In this document: one piece after another, positions 54,816 to 64,000 of the stretch
Layout of the letters: each line of letters begins with the position of its first letter
Numbering within the stretch: position 1 is the stretch's first letter
Assembly (NCBI GenBank): GCA_963822945.1
Contig: CAWGJO010000021.1
Location: 288,001 to 352,000, forward strand
Direction of reading: 5' to 3'
DNA: 64,000 nucleotides
Origin: an uncultured Gemmatimonadaceae bacterium
Lineage (GTDB): Bacteria; Gemmatimonadota; Gemmatimonadetes; Gemmatimonadales; Gemmatimonadaceae
Notes under the pieces: generated by a model
The model's input: only the letters and a program-made list of their open reading frames with translations
Database searches by the model: none
What the model was told of the DNA's origin: nothing
Program-made: the position numbers and the translations under genes

Positions 54816-55870
54816 GTGAGGCACGGCAACAGCGAATCGACCGGGTGCGGCGCTTGCTGGAAGCAGCAAGGCGCATCGCGGATCCACAAGACGTCTTTGG
54901 CAAACGGGCACGGCAGGAGCTCCCGAAATCCACCGGCCTTTCCCCGGAAGGCGTCGAGCTGGCGCTTCGACACTGCCTGGAGGTCGACGCGACGGACGCC
55001 GAGCTCGAAGCCCTCGTCGCCAGCGTGGTACCCGCCACCCGCAGTCACGTACTGCTCGCCGCCAACGTATTCGTCGCACCGCTGCGCGCCATCGCGCTCG
55101 CTCTGGCCCAAGCGCCGCGCGTCGAGGTGCGCGCATCGCGTCGCGAGCCCGTGATGGCCGGACTGCTGGTGGAAGCGAGCCGTGGTGCGTTCCGTCTGAC
55201 GGAGGAACTGGCACCGTCGCCGGGAGACCACGTATGGGCCTATGGCTCGGACGAAACACTCTCCGCACTCCGAGGAGAGCTGCCCGCCGGCGTAGTACTG
55301 CACGGTCACGGCTCCGGTTTTGGCGTTGCTGTCGTGCAATCCCACGGCAGCGACCTGTCCGAGGCGGCGCGCGCCCTCGCGCTGGACGTGACCTTGTTCG
55401 ACCAACGAGGCTGTCTCAGCCCTCGCGTCGCCCTGGTGGTGGCGGACGAGGAAGATGTCAGGCTTTTTGCTCGCGAGCTGGCCTCGGGTCTGTCCCAGCT
55501 GCACCACGACGTCCCACGCGGCAACCTGGGCCCGGAAGAAGCCGCCGACGTCACGCGTTACCGCGACACGATGACGTACGCCGGAGAGCTATTTCCGGCG
55601 GGCAAGGGCGTCGTGGGGCTCGACGTCGGCGGCAGCGTGCTGCTCGCGCCGGTCGGACGCAACGTCCACGTGGCGTGCGTCCAGGACGTGGAGCCCGCGT
55701 TATCCGCCTTGGGTGCGGCTGTAGCCGCAGTGGGTGTCGCCGGACCGGTGTCGGCGCTCACGGAGCGGGTGCTGCCCGGCGCGAGGCTTTCTGAGCTGGG
55801 CAAGATGCAGACACCGAGACTGGATGGCCCTGTGGATCGTCGCCCGGCGTCACTCGGCGAAATCCTGTAA
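54812..55870 (+). CDS. LuxC-family acyl-CoA reductase
   Basis: AYGSDETL, LHGHG, FDQRGCLSP, R...LGKMQTP..DG. Confidence 0.8.
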   Translation: MSEARQQRIDRVRRLLEAARRIADPQDVFGKRARQELPKSTGLSPEGVELALRHCLEVDATDAELEALVASVVPATRSHVLLAANVFVAPLRAIALALAQAPRVEVRASRREPVMAGLLVEASRGAFRLTEELAPSPGDHVWAYGSDETLSALRGELPAGVVLHGHGSGFGVAVVQSHGSDLSEAARALALDVTLFDQRGCLSPRVALVVADEEDVRLFARELASGLSQLHHDVPRGNLGPEEAADVTRYRDTMTYAGELFPAGKGVVGLDVGGSVLLAPVGRNVHVACVQDVEPALSALGAAVAAVGVAGPVSALTERVLPGARLSELGKMQTPRLDGPVDRRPASLGEIL

Positions 55871-55917
55871 CCCCTTCCCACGTTGACCGCGGCCCAAAGC
55901 TCGATTCCCATGCACTG

Positions 55918-57885
55918 ATGGTGCGGCTGCCACGCTTTGTCGTGCCTTGGCTGACGGGCCTCACGGTCGCGGGCATCTTGGTCGGGGCATGGGCGCTCCT
56001 GCGGGGGGCGGAGTCGCGCACGCTCGAGCTATCCACCAGTGTGGCGGCCAGTCAGGCCGCTCCACGCCTTGCCGACTACGTGGCCGCACGACTGACAGTG
56101 GTATCGAGCTTGGCCGGCGAGCGAGCTCAGCACGACGAGATGACCACCGAGGACTTCGTTCGGCTCGCACAGATCTTGGAGACGTCCTTTGGCGGCCTCC
56201 TGGCAATCAATTGGATCGATGCAGACGGGGTGATCCGCATCGCCGTCCCCGAGGCCCGCAATCGCCCGGCTCTCGGGCGCAACGTCCGTAATCATCCCCA
56301 GGCAGCTCCCTTCTTTCTCGAGGCGGAGCGAACCAGGAAGCCGATTCTCACGACCTCCCTCGACCTGTTTCAAGGCCCACGCGGCGTGGTGAGCTACTTT
56401 CCCGTTCACCGGAAGGGGCATGTCGTTGGTTACGTGAACGGCGTGTTCGACTGCGACGAATTCGTGCGCAGCTGCCTGCGAGAAGGCGTGCTGGATTGCT
56501 ATCTGTTGCGAGTTTCCGACGAAGGAGGCCGCATCTTCGAGTCCCCCGGCTTCGGTCGCACCGGCAGGCCCGTGGCCAGGGCCGAGGCGCGGGTCGCGAA
56601 TCAGACGTGGTGGGTCGAGGTGGAGCCGGGGCCGGCTCTACGCGAGGCCAGTCATTCTCGAAAGACGGATCTCCTGTTCGTGCTGGCGGCGGTGCTCGGC
56701 GGGGCGGTGTCGGCACTGACTCGCAGCTGGCTCGAGCGACGTCGCGCCATGGCCAAGCTCGAGGAGGAACGCCGGCAGCTGGAGCAGCAGATGGTCGAAT
56801 CGCAGAAGCTCGAGGCAATCGGCCGGCTGGCGGGGGGAGTGGCGCACGATTTCAACAACCTGCTCACCGCGATGATCGGCCATGCCGAGCTGGCCAAGCG
56901 CACCAAAGGCTTGCCCGAGCAGGTTCAGGAAGACCTCGGGGTGATCGTCGACGCAGCACGACGCGGCGCGGAGATCACGCGAGACTTGCTGACGTTCTCC
57001 CGCCGAGACGTGGTGCGGCCGGGCGCCATGGAGGTGACGAAGGAGGTAAAGCGGCTCGTGCCCATGCTCGAGCATCTGCTGCGAGAGGACGTGTCCCTCG
57101 AGGTCGAGCTCGACCACCAAGCCGGCACGGTGCACATGGATCCTTCCCAGCTGGAGCGCGCATTGATGAACCTGGTCGTCAACGCGGTGGATGCCCAGCC
57201 CGACGGCGGCCGCGTCAAGCTCGCCGTTTCGCGGGAAGGGGACTCTTTCGTCCGCGTGGCCGTGACGGACGACGGTGAAGGCATGTCTGAAGAGGTCGCG
57301 GCACGCGCATTCGAGCCGTTCTTCACCACCAAGCCGGCCGGCAAGGGAACCGGGCTCGGCCTCGCTTCGGTTTACGGCACGGCCCGTCAGGTGGGCGGTG
57401 ACGTCACCCTCACCACTCGACCGGGGCACGGCACGACTGTCGCCTTGCTGCTACCGGCCGTGACCGAGGTCGACGACGAAGTTCCCCAGCGCAACGAGTC
57501 CGCCAAGTCGACCGAGCGCCTGAAGCTGCTTTTGGTGGAGGACGACGACGCGGTGCGCGGACTCGCCCGTCGTATTCTGGGCTGGGCTGGGTACGATGTC
57601 ACGGTGGCGACAGACGCCGCGCAGGCCCTGACGCTGGTGGAGAACGGAGCCGAGCCCTCGATTCTGGTAACGGACCAGGTCATGCCGGGCATGCGCGGCC
57701 ATCAGCTGGCCGCCAAGCTCCGCGACCGGCTTCCGGAGTTGCGAGTGTTGGTCTGCTCCGGGCATGCCGGCGACCTCGTCGACGAAAGCGCGATCCAGGC
57801 CCTCGAAGCGAAATTCCTGCAGAAGCCCTACACCCCGGACCAGCTTCTCGACGCGCTAGCCGAGCTTTCGCAATCCCGCGGTTGA
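55918..57885 (+). CDS. Hybrid sensor histidine kinase (CHASE-like, HisKA, HATPase, REC)
   Basis: VAHDFNNLL, NLVVNA, DDGEGM, FFTTK..GTGLGL, TDQVMP. Confidence 0.92.
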   Translation: MVRLPRFVVPWLTGLTVAGILVGAWALLRGAESRTLELSTSVAASQAAPRLADYVAARLTVVSSLAGERAQHDEMTTEDFVRLAQILETSFGGLLAINWIDADGVIRIAVPEARNRPALGRNVRNHPQAAPFFLEAERTRKPILTTSLDLFQGPRGVVSYFPVHRKGHVVGYVNGVFDCDEFVRSCLREGVLDCYLLRVSDEGGRIFESPGFGRTGRPVARAEARVANQTWWVEVEPGPALREASHSRKTDLLFVLAAVLGGAVSALTRSWLERRRAMAKLEEERRQLEQQMVESQKLEAIGRLAGGVAHDFNNLLTAMIGHAELAKRTKGLPEQVQEDLGVIVDAARRGAEITRDLLTFSRRDVVRPGAMEVTKEVKRLVPMLEHLLREDVSLEVELDHQAGTVHMDPSQLERALMNLVVNAVDAQPDGGRVKLAVSREGDSFVRVAVTDDGEGMSEEVAARAFEPFFTTKPAGKGTGLGLASVYGTARQVGGDVTLTTRPGHGTTVALLLPAVTEVDDEVPQRNESAKSTERLKLLLVEDDDAVRGLARRILGWAGYDVTVATDAAQALTLVENGAEPSILVTDQVMPGMRGHQLAAKLRDRLPELRVLVCSGHAGDLVDESAIQALEAKFLQKPYTPDQLLDALAELSQSRG

Positions 57886-57894
57886 GACGAGCCG

Positions 57895-59475
57895 TCAGCG
57901 CTCGAGCGCGGACATCACGGTTTTTTTCGGGCGCACCCGGTAGAGCAGGCTGCGCAGCGGGGCCTCCGCCATGATGCCTTCCCAAGTCCGACGTCGAGGC
58001 CGCTTCATCTGGTCGGCGAGGGCGTCCGGAAAACCGGTTACGGGATCCGTGTCCTCGATCAAGATGGCGTGTTGGTGAATATTGCCGTCGCCCTTGCGCC
58101 CCTGAATCGCCACCACGTCTCCGGGCCGAAAGCGGTCGGCGTGCTCCACCAAAAACGAGAAGAACCGCTTGCGCTCCGCGAACTTCACACGCTCTTCCTG
58201 GGGAAAGCGAAGATGATCGAACACCTCGGGACTTTCTTCGGCATACTTCTCGAAGGCGAGCACGCCTCGGCGGTTCTTGATGCCCAGCTCGTTGAAGTCC
58301 AGCGACCCGACGTCGCGCGCCGGCTCCTCACCGCGTGGACGGTACCAAGTGCCCGACGCGCGCTCGTAGCTGTCTAGCACGAACTCCACGCAAACTTGTG
58401 GCGGGTGCGGGCGACCGCTCGCGTCGTACACCGGGTAGCTTTCTTCGTCGAAGCTGAAAGCGGACTGGCCATTCAGGTACGCCCAACGCCACGCGGGACG
58501 GAGCTGGCCGTCGCGGTCCGCGGTTTCTTCCTGCCGCGGCCGATCAAAGGGCAACGCCTCGCTGAGCTCGTGATCCACCGCCCCTCGCAGCCGAGCCAAG
58601 GCCCGCCGGTGAGGTGCATCGGAGGCGATCCACCGCTCGAAACGCTTGCGACGCGCGGCGGGCTCCGCCAGACAGCCCAAGGACAGCTTGGCGCCGTCAC
58701 TGTCGAGCAGCGCCGTCGCCCACTCGCCGCTGAAGCGCAGCTCGGCGATCAACCCGCGCTCGGCGCGCCACGTGATGCGCGCGCGGTCGAAGCCGAGCTC
58801 GTGAGCCAGCCCACGGAAATCACGATGTACCGGTGCATCCAGCGCCGACCGAGTCGTCGCCACGCGATCGCCAAACAGTAGCTCGGCCGTGCGCCCGTCG
58901 GCGTGGCGATAGCGTGGCCTCTTGCCGTCCACGCGTTCGAGCTCGAAGACCTTCGCGCCGCGGGCCAGGTAGATCTTGTCTTCCTCGAACAGATCCGGGA
59001 GCTCGAGCCGCGTCACGAGCGCCAGGGCTTCGACGGGGTCGTCCGAGTACACGTACCCCTGGCGCAACAGCAGTGCGCGCAGCGTCGCTTTGTTGGCGCG
59101 ATGACGTAGCTTCGCGCCACGCACGCGCCGAAAGGGCGAGCCCTTGGCGAACGCGCGCCGCGTCTCCCTCGCTGCCTCGGGGAGCTCCGAATCCGGCGTC
59201 ACGGCGGGCTCGCTCACGAACACCATGGGCTCGCCCCGCGCCCGGCCGAGCACCTCCGCGCGCCGCGCGTCGAAGCCCGGAGCTCCGGGCAGCTGGGGCT
59301 CGCTCCGGAGCTCCGCCATGCGCGCCCGGCAGTCCAAAAGCTCACTGTCCACCGGGGTGGCCGAGCTGGACGCGGCAGGCGCCGCGTGGGCACTGCCCTC
59401 GGCCCGGTCCGGCAGGCTGCGGCAGCCCGCCGAGGTGACGGTCAGGGCGGCGATGGCGAAGACGGCTCGGCGCAT
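57895..59475 (-). CDS. Hypothetical lipoprotein with possible C-terminal papain-like (NlpC/P60-type) domain
   Basis: TSAGC lipobox; QVCVEFV...PGDVVAI...HQHAILI. Confidence 0.6.
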   Translation of the reverse strand: MRRAVFAIAALTVTSAGCRSLPDRAEGSAHAAPAASSSATPVDSELLDCRARMAELRSEPQLPGAPGFDARRAEVLGRARGEPMVFVSEPAVTPDSELPEAARETRRAFAKGSPFRRVRGAKLRHRANKATLRALLLRQGYVYSDDPVEALALVTRLELPDLFEEDKIYLARGAKVFELERVDGKRPRYRHADGRTAELLFGDRVATTRSALDAPVHRDFRGLAHELGFDRARITWRAERGLIAELRFSGEWATALLDSDGAKLSLGCLAEPAARRKRFERWIASDAPHRRALARLRGAVDHELSEALPFDRPRQEETADRDGQLRPAWRWAYLNGQSAFSFDEESYPVYDASGRPHPPQVCVEFVLDSYERASGTWYRPRGEEPARDVGSLDFNELGIKNRRGVLAFEKYAEESPEVFDHLRFPQEERVKFAERKRFFSFLVEHADRFRPGDVVAIQGRKGDGNIHQHAILIEDTDPVTGFPDALADQMKRPRRRTWEGIMAEAPLRSLLYRVRPKKTVMSALER

Positions 59476-59507
59476 GCTCTCACCCAAAAACGCCGTCGGG
59501 CGCCGGC

Positions 59508-60218
59508 TTATTCGCCGGCGGCGCGTTCGGCCTCGAAGCGCGCGAAGTGCGGCTCGAGCGCCTCCATCACGCCGCCCGCATCGTCGACACACACCGGGAT
59601 CTTCATGTCCTGCGCGTTGGCCAGACCTGCCTCCACCATATTCTTCTCGGCCCACACCACGAGCTCGCGCCACATGTTCCCGACGAAAATCAGCGGCACA
59701 CCGGATACGTGACGCACCTGCAAGAGCTGCCACACCATCATCGTCTCCAGCGTCGTTCCGATGCCGCCAGGCATGATCACGAAGGCGTTGGAGAGGCGCA
59801 TGAACTGCGCGAGACGCGAATAGAACGTGCGGTGGGTGTACAGCTTCTCCACGAATGGATTGGCGCCCTGCTCGAACGGCAGCTCGATACGAATACCGAT
59901 GGACCGCGTGCGGTTCTGCGGATCGCCGAGATTCTCCCCCTCGTTGGCAGCTTGCATCAGTCCGGGACCTCCGCCGGTGACGATGTCTGCTCCGCGCGCC
60001 GAAAGCCGGGCCGCGAGATCCTTGACCTGCTCGTACGCGGGAGTGTCGGGCTTCGTGCGCGCCGAGCCGAAGATGGCGACGCGAAAGAACTCCTGCCGCT
60101 CCGGGCGAATGCGGCTGAGGTCGTTGACCACACTCCAGAGTTGGTCCACGGCGTCTTCCACGACTTCCATCGTTTCCTGCGTGGTGCACACCAGACGGTT
60201 GAGCTCTCCGTTCTTCAT
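59508..60218 (-). CDS. LOG family nucleotide phosphoribohydrolase
   Basis: IFGSAR, TGGGPGLMQAANEG, LPFEQGAN, PGGIGTTLE. Confidence 0.9.
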   Translation of the reverse strand: MKNGELNRLVCTTQETMEVVEDAVDQLWSVVNDLSRIRPERQEFFRVAIFGSARTKPDTPAYEQVKDLAARLSARGADIVTGGGPGLMQAANEGENLGDPQNRTRSIGIRIELPFEQGANPFVEKLYTHRTFYSRLAQFMRLSNAFVIMPGGIGTTLETMMVWQLLQVRHVSGVPLIFVGNMWRELVVWAEKNMVEAGLANAQDMKIPVCVDDAGGVMEALEPHFARFEAERAAGE

Positions 60219-60230
60219 GCCTTCCTCCTG

Positions 60231-60995
60231 TCAATCGGCAGCGATCCGCACCACACCGCCGCCGACGGGGCGGTCCAGCGCGCGGCGCAGTCCGCGGCGC
60301 GCTTGCTCGAACGCCCGCGCCCCGCGCTCGAGGCGAAAGGGACCCACCCGCGTCAGCCCCTCCACCACCACGGCCACGAGCCCCGGTTGCTTGGGTGCGT
60401 CCAGCGCCGGGCTGTTCTTCTTGCGCCACGGCGAGCGCGACGCCAAGTGGTGATGCAACACCCGCGTGCCCGGCGGCAGCCCAGACAAGCCCGGCCGATC
60501 CAGAATCCCGCCGTCGAGCAGCGGCCTCCCCTCGTGCCAAGTGGGGTGGAACAGGCCCGGCAGCGTACAGGAAGCCTGGATCGCCGGAGCCAACGGTCCC
60601 GAGGCGATCACGCGAGTGCCACGGCCGAGCACGTCGTACACCGACAGCGCCGCCGGCACCCGACAACGCGCAAATTCCGTGACGGGCAAAAGCCCCTCCA
60701 ACCGCGCTCGGAACAGGCGCCCGCGGAGCAATCCGAGACCGGGCCGCGGATCCCAGAAATCCTCGCGCCGAAGAGCGAAGAGCTCATCCCGCAGAGAGGT
60801 CGCGTCGAGCCCCGCGGCCCACAGCCCGCCCACCAGCGCCCCCGCGCTGGCACCGGAGATCCGCTCCGGAGCAAGCCCGGCATCCTCCAACTCGCTCACG
60901 AAACCAGCGTGGGCGAAGAAGCCGAAGAACCCGGCGGACATGGCCAAGGCGAACGGCTCTTGCTGGAGCCACTCGCGCAGCGTCGGCTGAGCCAA
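60231..60995 (-). CDS. Patatin-like phospholipase
   Basis: SAGFFG..AHAG, GASAG, ASCTLP, DGG. Confidence 0.85.
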   Translation of the reverse strand: MAQPTLREWLQQEPFALAMSAGFFGFFAHAGFVSELEDAGLAPERISGASAGALVGGLWAAGLDATSLRDELFALRREDFWDPRPGLGLLRGRLFRARLEGLLPVTEFARCRVPAALSVYDVLGRGTRVIASGPLAPAIQASCTLPGLFHPTWHEGRPLLDGGILDRPGLSGLPPGTRVLHHHLASRSPWRKKNSPALDAPKQPGLVAVVVEGLTRVGPFRLERGARAFEQARRGLRRALDRPVGGGVVRIAAD

Positions 60996-60997
60996 GC

Positions 60998-62298
60998 TCA
61001 GTCCTCCGGACGCCGCTTGGAAAACGGAGGTGGGAACAGGCGCTGAGTGCTCTCGCCGCTGAAGTCGAGGCCGTCCCTGCCGCCACCCGGCGCCCGGAGC
61101 AAGAGCGTCGCTTCGTCCAGCCTCAAGCTCTGCACCTGACCCAGGCGCCACAAGAACTTCACGCCGATCACGGGGTTCGCCTGGAACAGCGGATACACCG
61201 CGTCCTGGTCGAGGACCAAGAGCCGCGTTGGCTCCAGTGTCTTGACCGTGGCGGTACGCGGTCGATTGGTGAGCAGCGCCATCTCGCCGAAGTGACTCCC
61301 ACTCGACAGCGTAGTCAGCCGTGCGCCGCCCTTTTCCACACTCACGCGACCCGCCGCGATGATGTATAGCGCCTTGCTGGCTTCCCCCTCCGCCAGCACC
61401 GTGACGCCACCCTCCAGCTCCTCGGTGCGCAGGGCACTGGCCACCTCCAAGAGCTCCGGGTACTCCAGCTCCCCGAACAGCTCCATGGCGGAGAGCGCGG
61501 AGAGATCCTCGTACACCCGGCTCAATCGCTCTTCCCCGGCGGCGTCCTCGGCTTCGATGTGCACCACCACGGCGGTGATGTTGTCCTCACCGCCGCACTG
61601 GTTGGCGTAGTCCACCAGGCGATCGGCAATGCCCTCGCCCTCGATCAGGTCCCCGAGGCCCTGACTCGTGTAGTCGAAGTAGCCGTGCAGTCCGTCACTG
61701 CACACCAGGTAGGCATCTCCCGGCAGCACGTCGAACTCCAATGTGTCCACCTGAACCCGTTCCTGCGGCCCTACCGCGCGCATCAACAGGTTCGACGGGA
61801 ACGCCTCCAGCGCCTGCTCCCGGGTGTAGCCGCGCATCATGGCATCCGCCACGAAGCTGTGATCCATGGAAAGCTGGTGAAGCTGCCCGCCGCGTTTCAG
61901 GTACAGCCGCGAATCCCCCACGTGCGCCAACACACCGCGCTGCCCGCGAATGGACAGCACGGTGCAGGTGGTGCCCGCCCCTCGCGCTTGTGGATCCCGT
62001 AGCCCAAGCGATGCACCGCCGTGTTGGCGGCCTCGACTGCTCGGCGCAATACCTCCACGACGTGCGCCGCCTTGAACGGATCCAGCGGCTCTTCGTGGCT
62101 TTCCGCCTTGCCCAGCTCCGAGCGAACGGTTTCTTGGATTGTCTCGGCCGCCAGCGCCGAAGCTACTTCCCCCGCAGCGTGCCCGCCCATCCCATCGCAC
62201 ACGACATAGAGGCCGAGATCGTCGTCGACGAGATAGCGGTCCTCGTTGTGGTCTCGCCGCCGACCGACGTCGCTCTGCGCCTCCGCTCGGATTTTCAC
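60998..62298 (-). CDS. PP2C/PPM Ser/Thr phosphatase with C-terminal cyclic-nucleotide-binding domain; frameshift near 61990
   Basis: [47 protein letters not shown]. Confidence 0.88.
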
Positions 62299-62368
62299 GG
62301 ACACAAGATAGCCGACGCGTCTCGACGCCCAAAGCATCGCATCCGGATGCGGAGAATTCGGGGGTCTT

Positions 62369-62391
62369 TTCGTTGGTCCGGCGCGGAACCG
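62369..62391 (+). repeat. REP-like repeat, copy 4 (half unit)
   Basis: TTCGTTGGTCCGGCGCGGAACCG. Confidence 0.6.
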
Positions 62392-62454
62392 ACGGGGTCC
62401 GCGGATAACGGATGTGCGCGGGCGAAGCGCGACGGTTATCCTCGCCTCGCATCG

Positions 62455-64000
62455 ATGTGGTGGAGGCAGAGGCGCAGGGACCCACCCGGCGAGCTGGCAC
62501 GTGCGCTCGCGTCGGCGACCCGCGCGCGGATCATCGAAGGCGGCGTGGCCGATGGCAAGGCCCTGGGCCAGCGCGTGGCGCTGGAGCTCGAGGGCGAGCA
62601 AGCTCGAACGCTCGCAGAGTACCTGCGTGTCGTTCCTGAACAGCAGCCGTTTTACTGCATGTGTCGTGGCGACTGGGGCATCGAGCTGTACGCCGGCAAT
62701 TCTCGTCTGGTGACCATCGGCCTGCATCACGGCCGCTCCATCCGCGTGGACACCTGGAGCTCCGACGCTCTACTGGCCGACGGCGAAGGGCTGCTCCGGT
62801 TTCTCGCCCAGCGCGGGCTCCGCGAGCCGCTGACTGCTTTCGAAGCGGATCGCGCCGCGGCGGCTCGCTTCGCCGATGCGCGCGCGCGTTGGCTGGCCGC
62901 GACCCCCAAACCGCTCGTCGACTTGCTGAGCGCCCTAGAAGGCGCAGGCCTGCTGAAGCCCAAGAGTGAAGGGGTGCTGGAAGCCCTGAAACGACTGGAG
63001 GATTCTGGCGCCGAGCCGACCAGCGCGCTGCTCGCCTGGTACGCAGCGGGGCTCGGGCCGTGGAACGGCTTCCCCAGCTACGAGGGCGTGGCCTGTGCGC
63101 TGCTGGCGGGGCTCGGCGCTGAACGCGTCGCGCGCGCAGCCGAAGCGACGACCAACGAAAGCGAGCTGTTTGCGGCGGCGCGCTTCTTTGCGCGCTGGGG
63201 CGCGCCCCCGAAAGAGCGCCGACTACTGACCCCGGCGCTGGCGGAGCGCCTGCGCGCGGTCACCCAGGCGCGCGGCGATGCCGATGCCCAGACCCGGATC
63301 CAGGCGGCACTCGCGCCCCTGGATGTGCCGGCAGACGGCCCCAGCCTGGGACGCGCGGAAAACGATCGGGACTTCGCCTTCGTGGTGGCCGTTAACCTCC
63401 CCACTCCCCGTCCGGCGCTGGTTGTCCTCGACGGCAGCGAGCTGGTGCTCCTGGAAGGCGGACAGCGTCGCGTGCTCCTAACCGGGCTCCGCTCCGTCGG
63501 GGCCGTCGCCACCAGCGGCCCCCGCGTCGTCTTGACGCGACTCGACCGCTGCGAGGTCGTCATGGTGGATCCGAAAAGCGGCGACGCAGAGACCTTGGCG
63601 GAGAACGTCTCCGAAGCTCGCTGCCTGGCGGTTTCGGGCGAGCGCGTGGCGTGGATTGAGAAACGGAACGGCTGGCTGGTCCGCGAGCTGGGGCGCGACC
63701 AACCCTGGGCCAAGGTGGACGATCGCGCTTGGGATTTGCGGATCGCGGGCGCCGCCCCGGTGTGGGGGCGCGCGTACTCAGGGGTGTTCGGAGTTGGCCA
63801 GCGCTACGAGACGGAAATCGTCACGGTCGGCTCCCGGGGCAAGGTCAAGACGCTGGCCCGCTTCACCGGCGACGAGAACTACGTGTATCCGCGGTTCGAT
63901 GCCGACGCGACACGCATCGCCTGCCTCACCGGTCGCGAGGTGACCCTCGTGGATCGCGTGAGCGGCACGCGGCGGCCCTTGGGACTGGCGCGCCGGGTGG
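62455..64000 (+). CDS. Hypothetical protein, runs off the window end
   Basis: Manual translation of the N-terminus MWWRQRRRDPPGELARAL...FYCMCRGDWGIELY...IGLHHGRSIR..WSSDALL; absent from the ORF track, consistent with no stop before the window end. Confidence 0.6.
   Translation, partial: MWWRQRRRDPPGELARALASATRARIIEGGVADGKALGQRVALELEGEQARTLAEYLRVVPEQQPFYCMCRGDWGIELYAGNSRLVTIGLHHGRSIRVDTWSSDALLADGEGLLRFLAQRGLREPLTAFEADRAAAARFADARARWLAATPKPLVDLLSALEGAGLLKPKSEGVLEALKRLEDSGAEPTSALLAWYAAGLGPWNGFPSYEGVACALLAGLGAERVARAAEATTNESELFAAARFFARWGAPPKERRLLTPALAERLRAVTQARGDADAQTRIQAALAPLDVPADGPSLGRAENDRDFAFVVAVNLPTPRPALVVLDGSELVLLEGGQRRVLLTGLRSVGAVATSGPRVVLTRLDRCEVVMVDPKSGDAETLAENVSEARCLAVSGERVAWIEKRNGWLVRELGRDQPWAKVDDRAWDLRIAGAAPVWGRAYSGVFGVGQRYETEIVTVGSRGKVKTLARFTGDENYVYPRFDADATRIACLTGREVTLVDRVSGTRRPLGLARRV

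Noticed and set aside
49763..55870. Bioluminescence operon
   Set aside because: No luxA/luxB in the window, and luxC and luxE are separated.

Overview
GC-rich bacterial chromosomal window, most consistent with Myxococcota (MYXO-CTERM-like tail, Gly/Cys-rich lipoproteins, pilMNOPQ, FHA-GGDEF, PP2C-cNMP). It holds about 52 CDS: fetAB, a short thrS, pilMNOPQ flanked by two peptidoglycan hydrolases, class III FBPase, GH63/GH15 glycosidases divergent from a zwf-pgl-pgi-tal-gnd operon, a decaheme OmcA/MtrC-like lipoprotein, a vertebrate-like NAGS, several signalling proteins, and luxE/luxC homologues with a class III aminotransferase. Many genes, including housekeeping ones, are broken by small frameshifts, most likely long-read or assembly errors. 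Main observations: (1) a 1,591-bp IS-like element (6521-8111) with 28-bp terminal inverted repeats and T-run flanks that encodes no DDE transposase, only a DUF222-like/HNH protein plus a ~340-nt hairpin-rich non-coding region, sitting at the edge of a dispersed REP-like repeat; (2) a Thr-rich leader-peptide attenuator controlling an editing-less ThrRS; (3) a LuxE/LuxC + transaminase set without luciferase. No tRNA, rRNA or CRISPR array was recognised. All family calls are from motif recognition by eye, not from searches.
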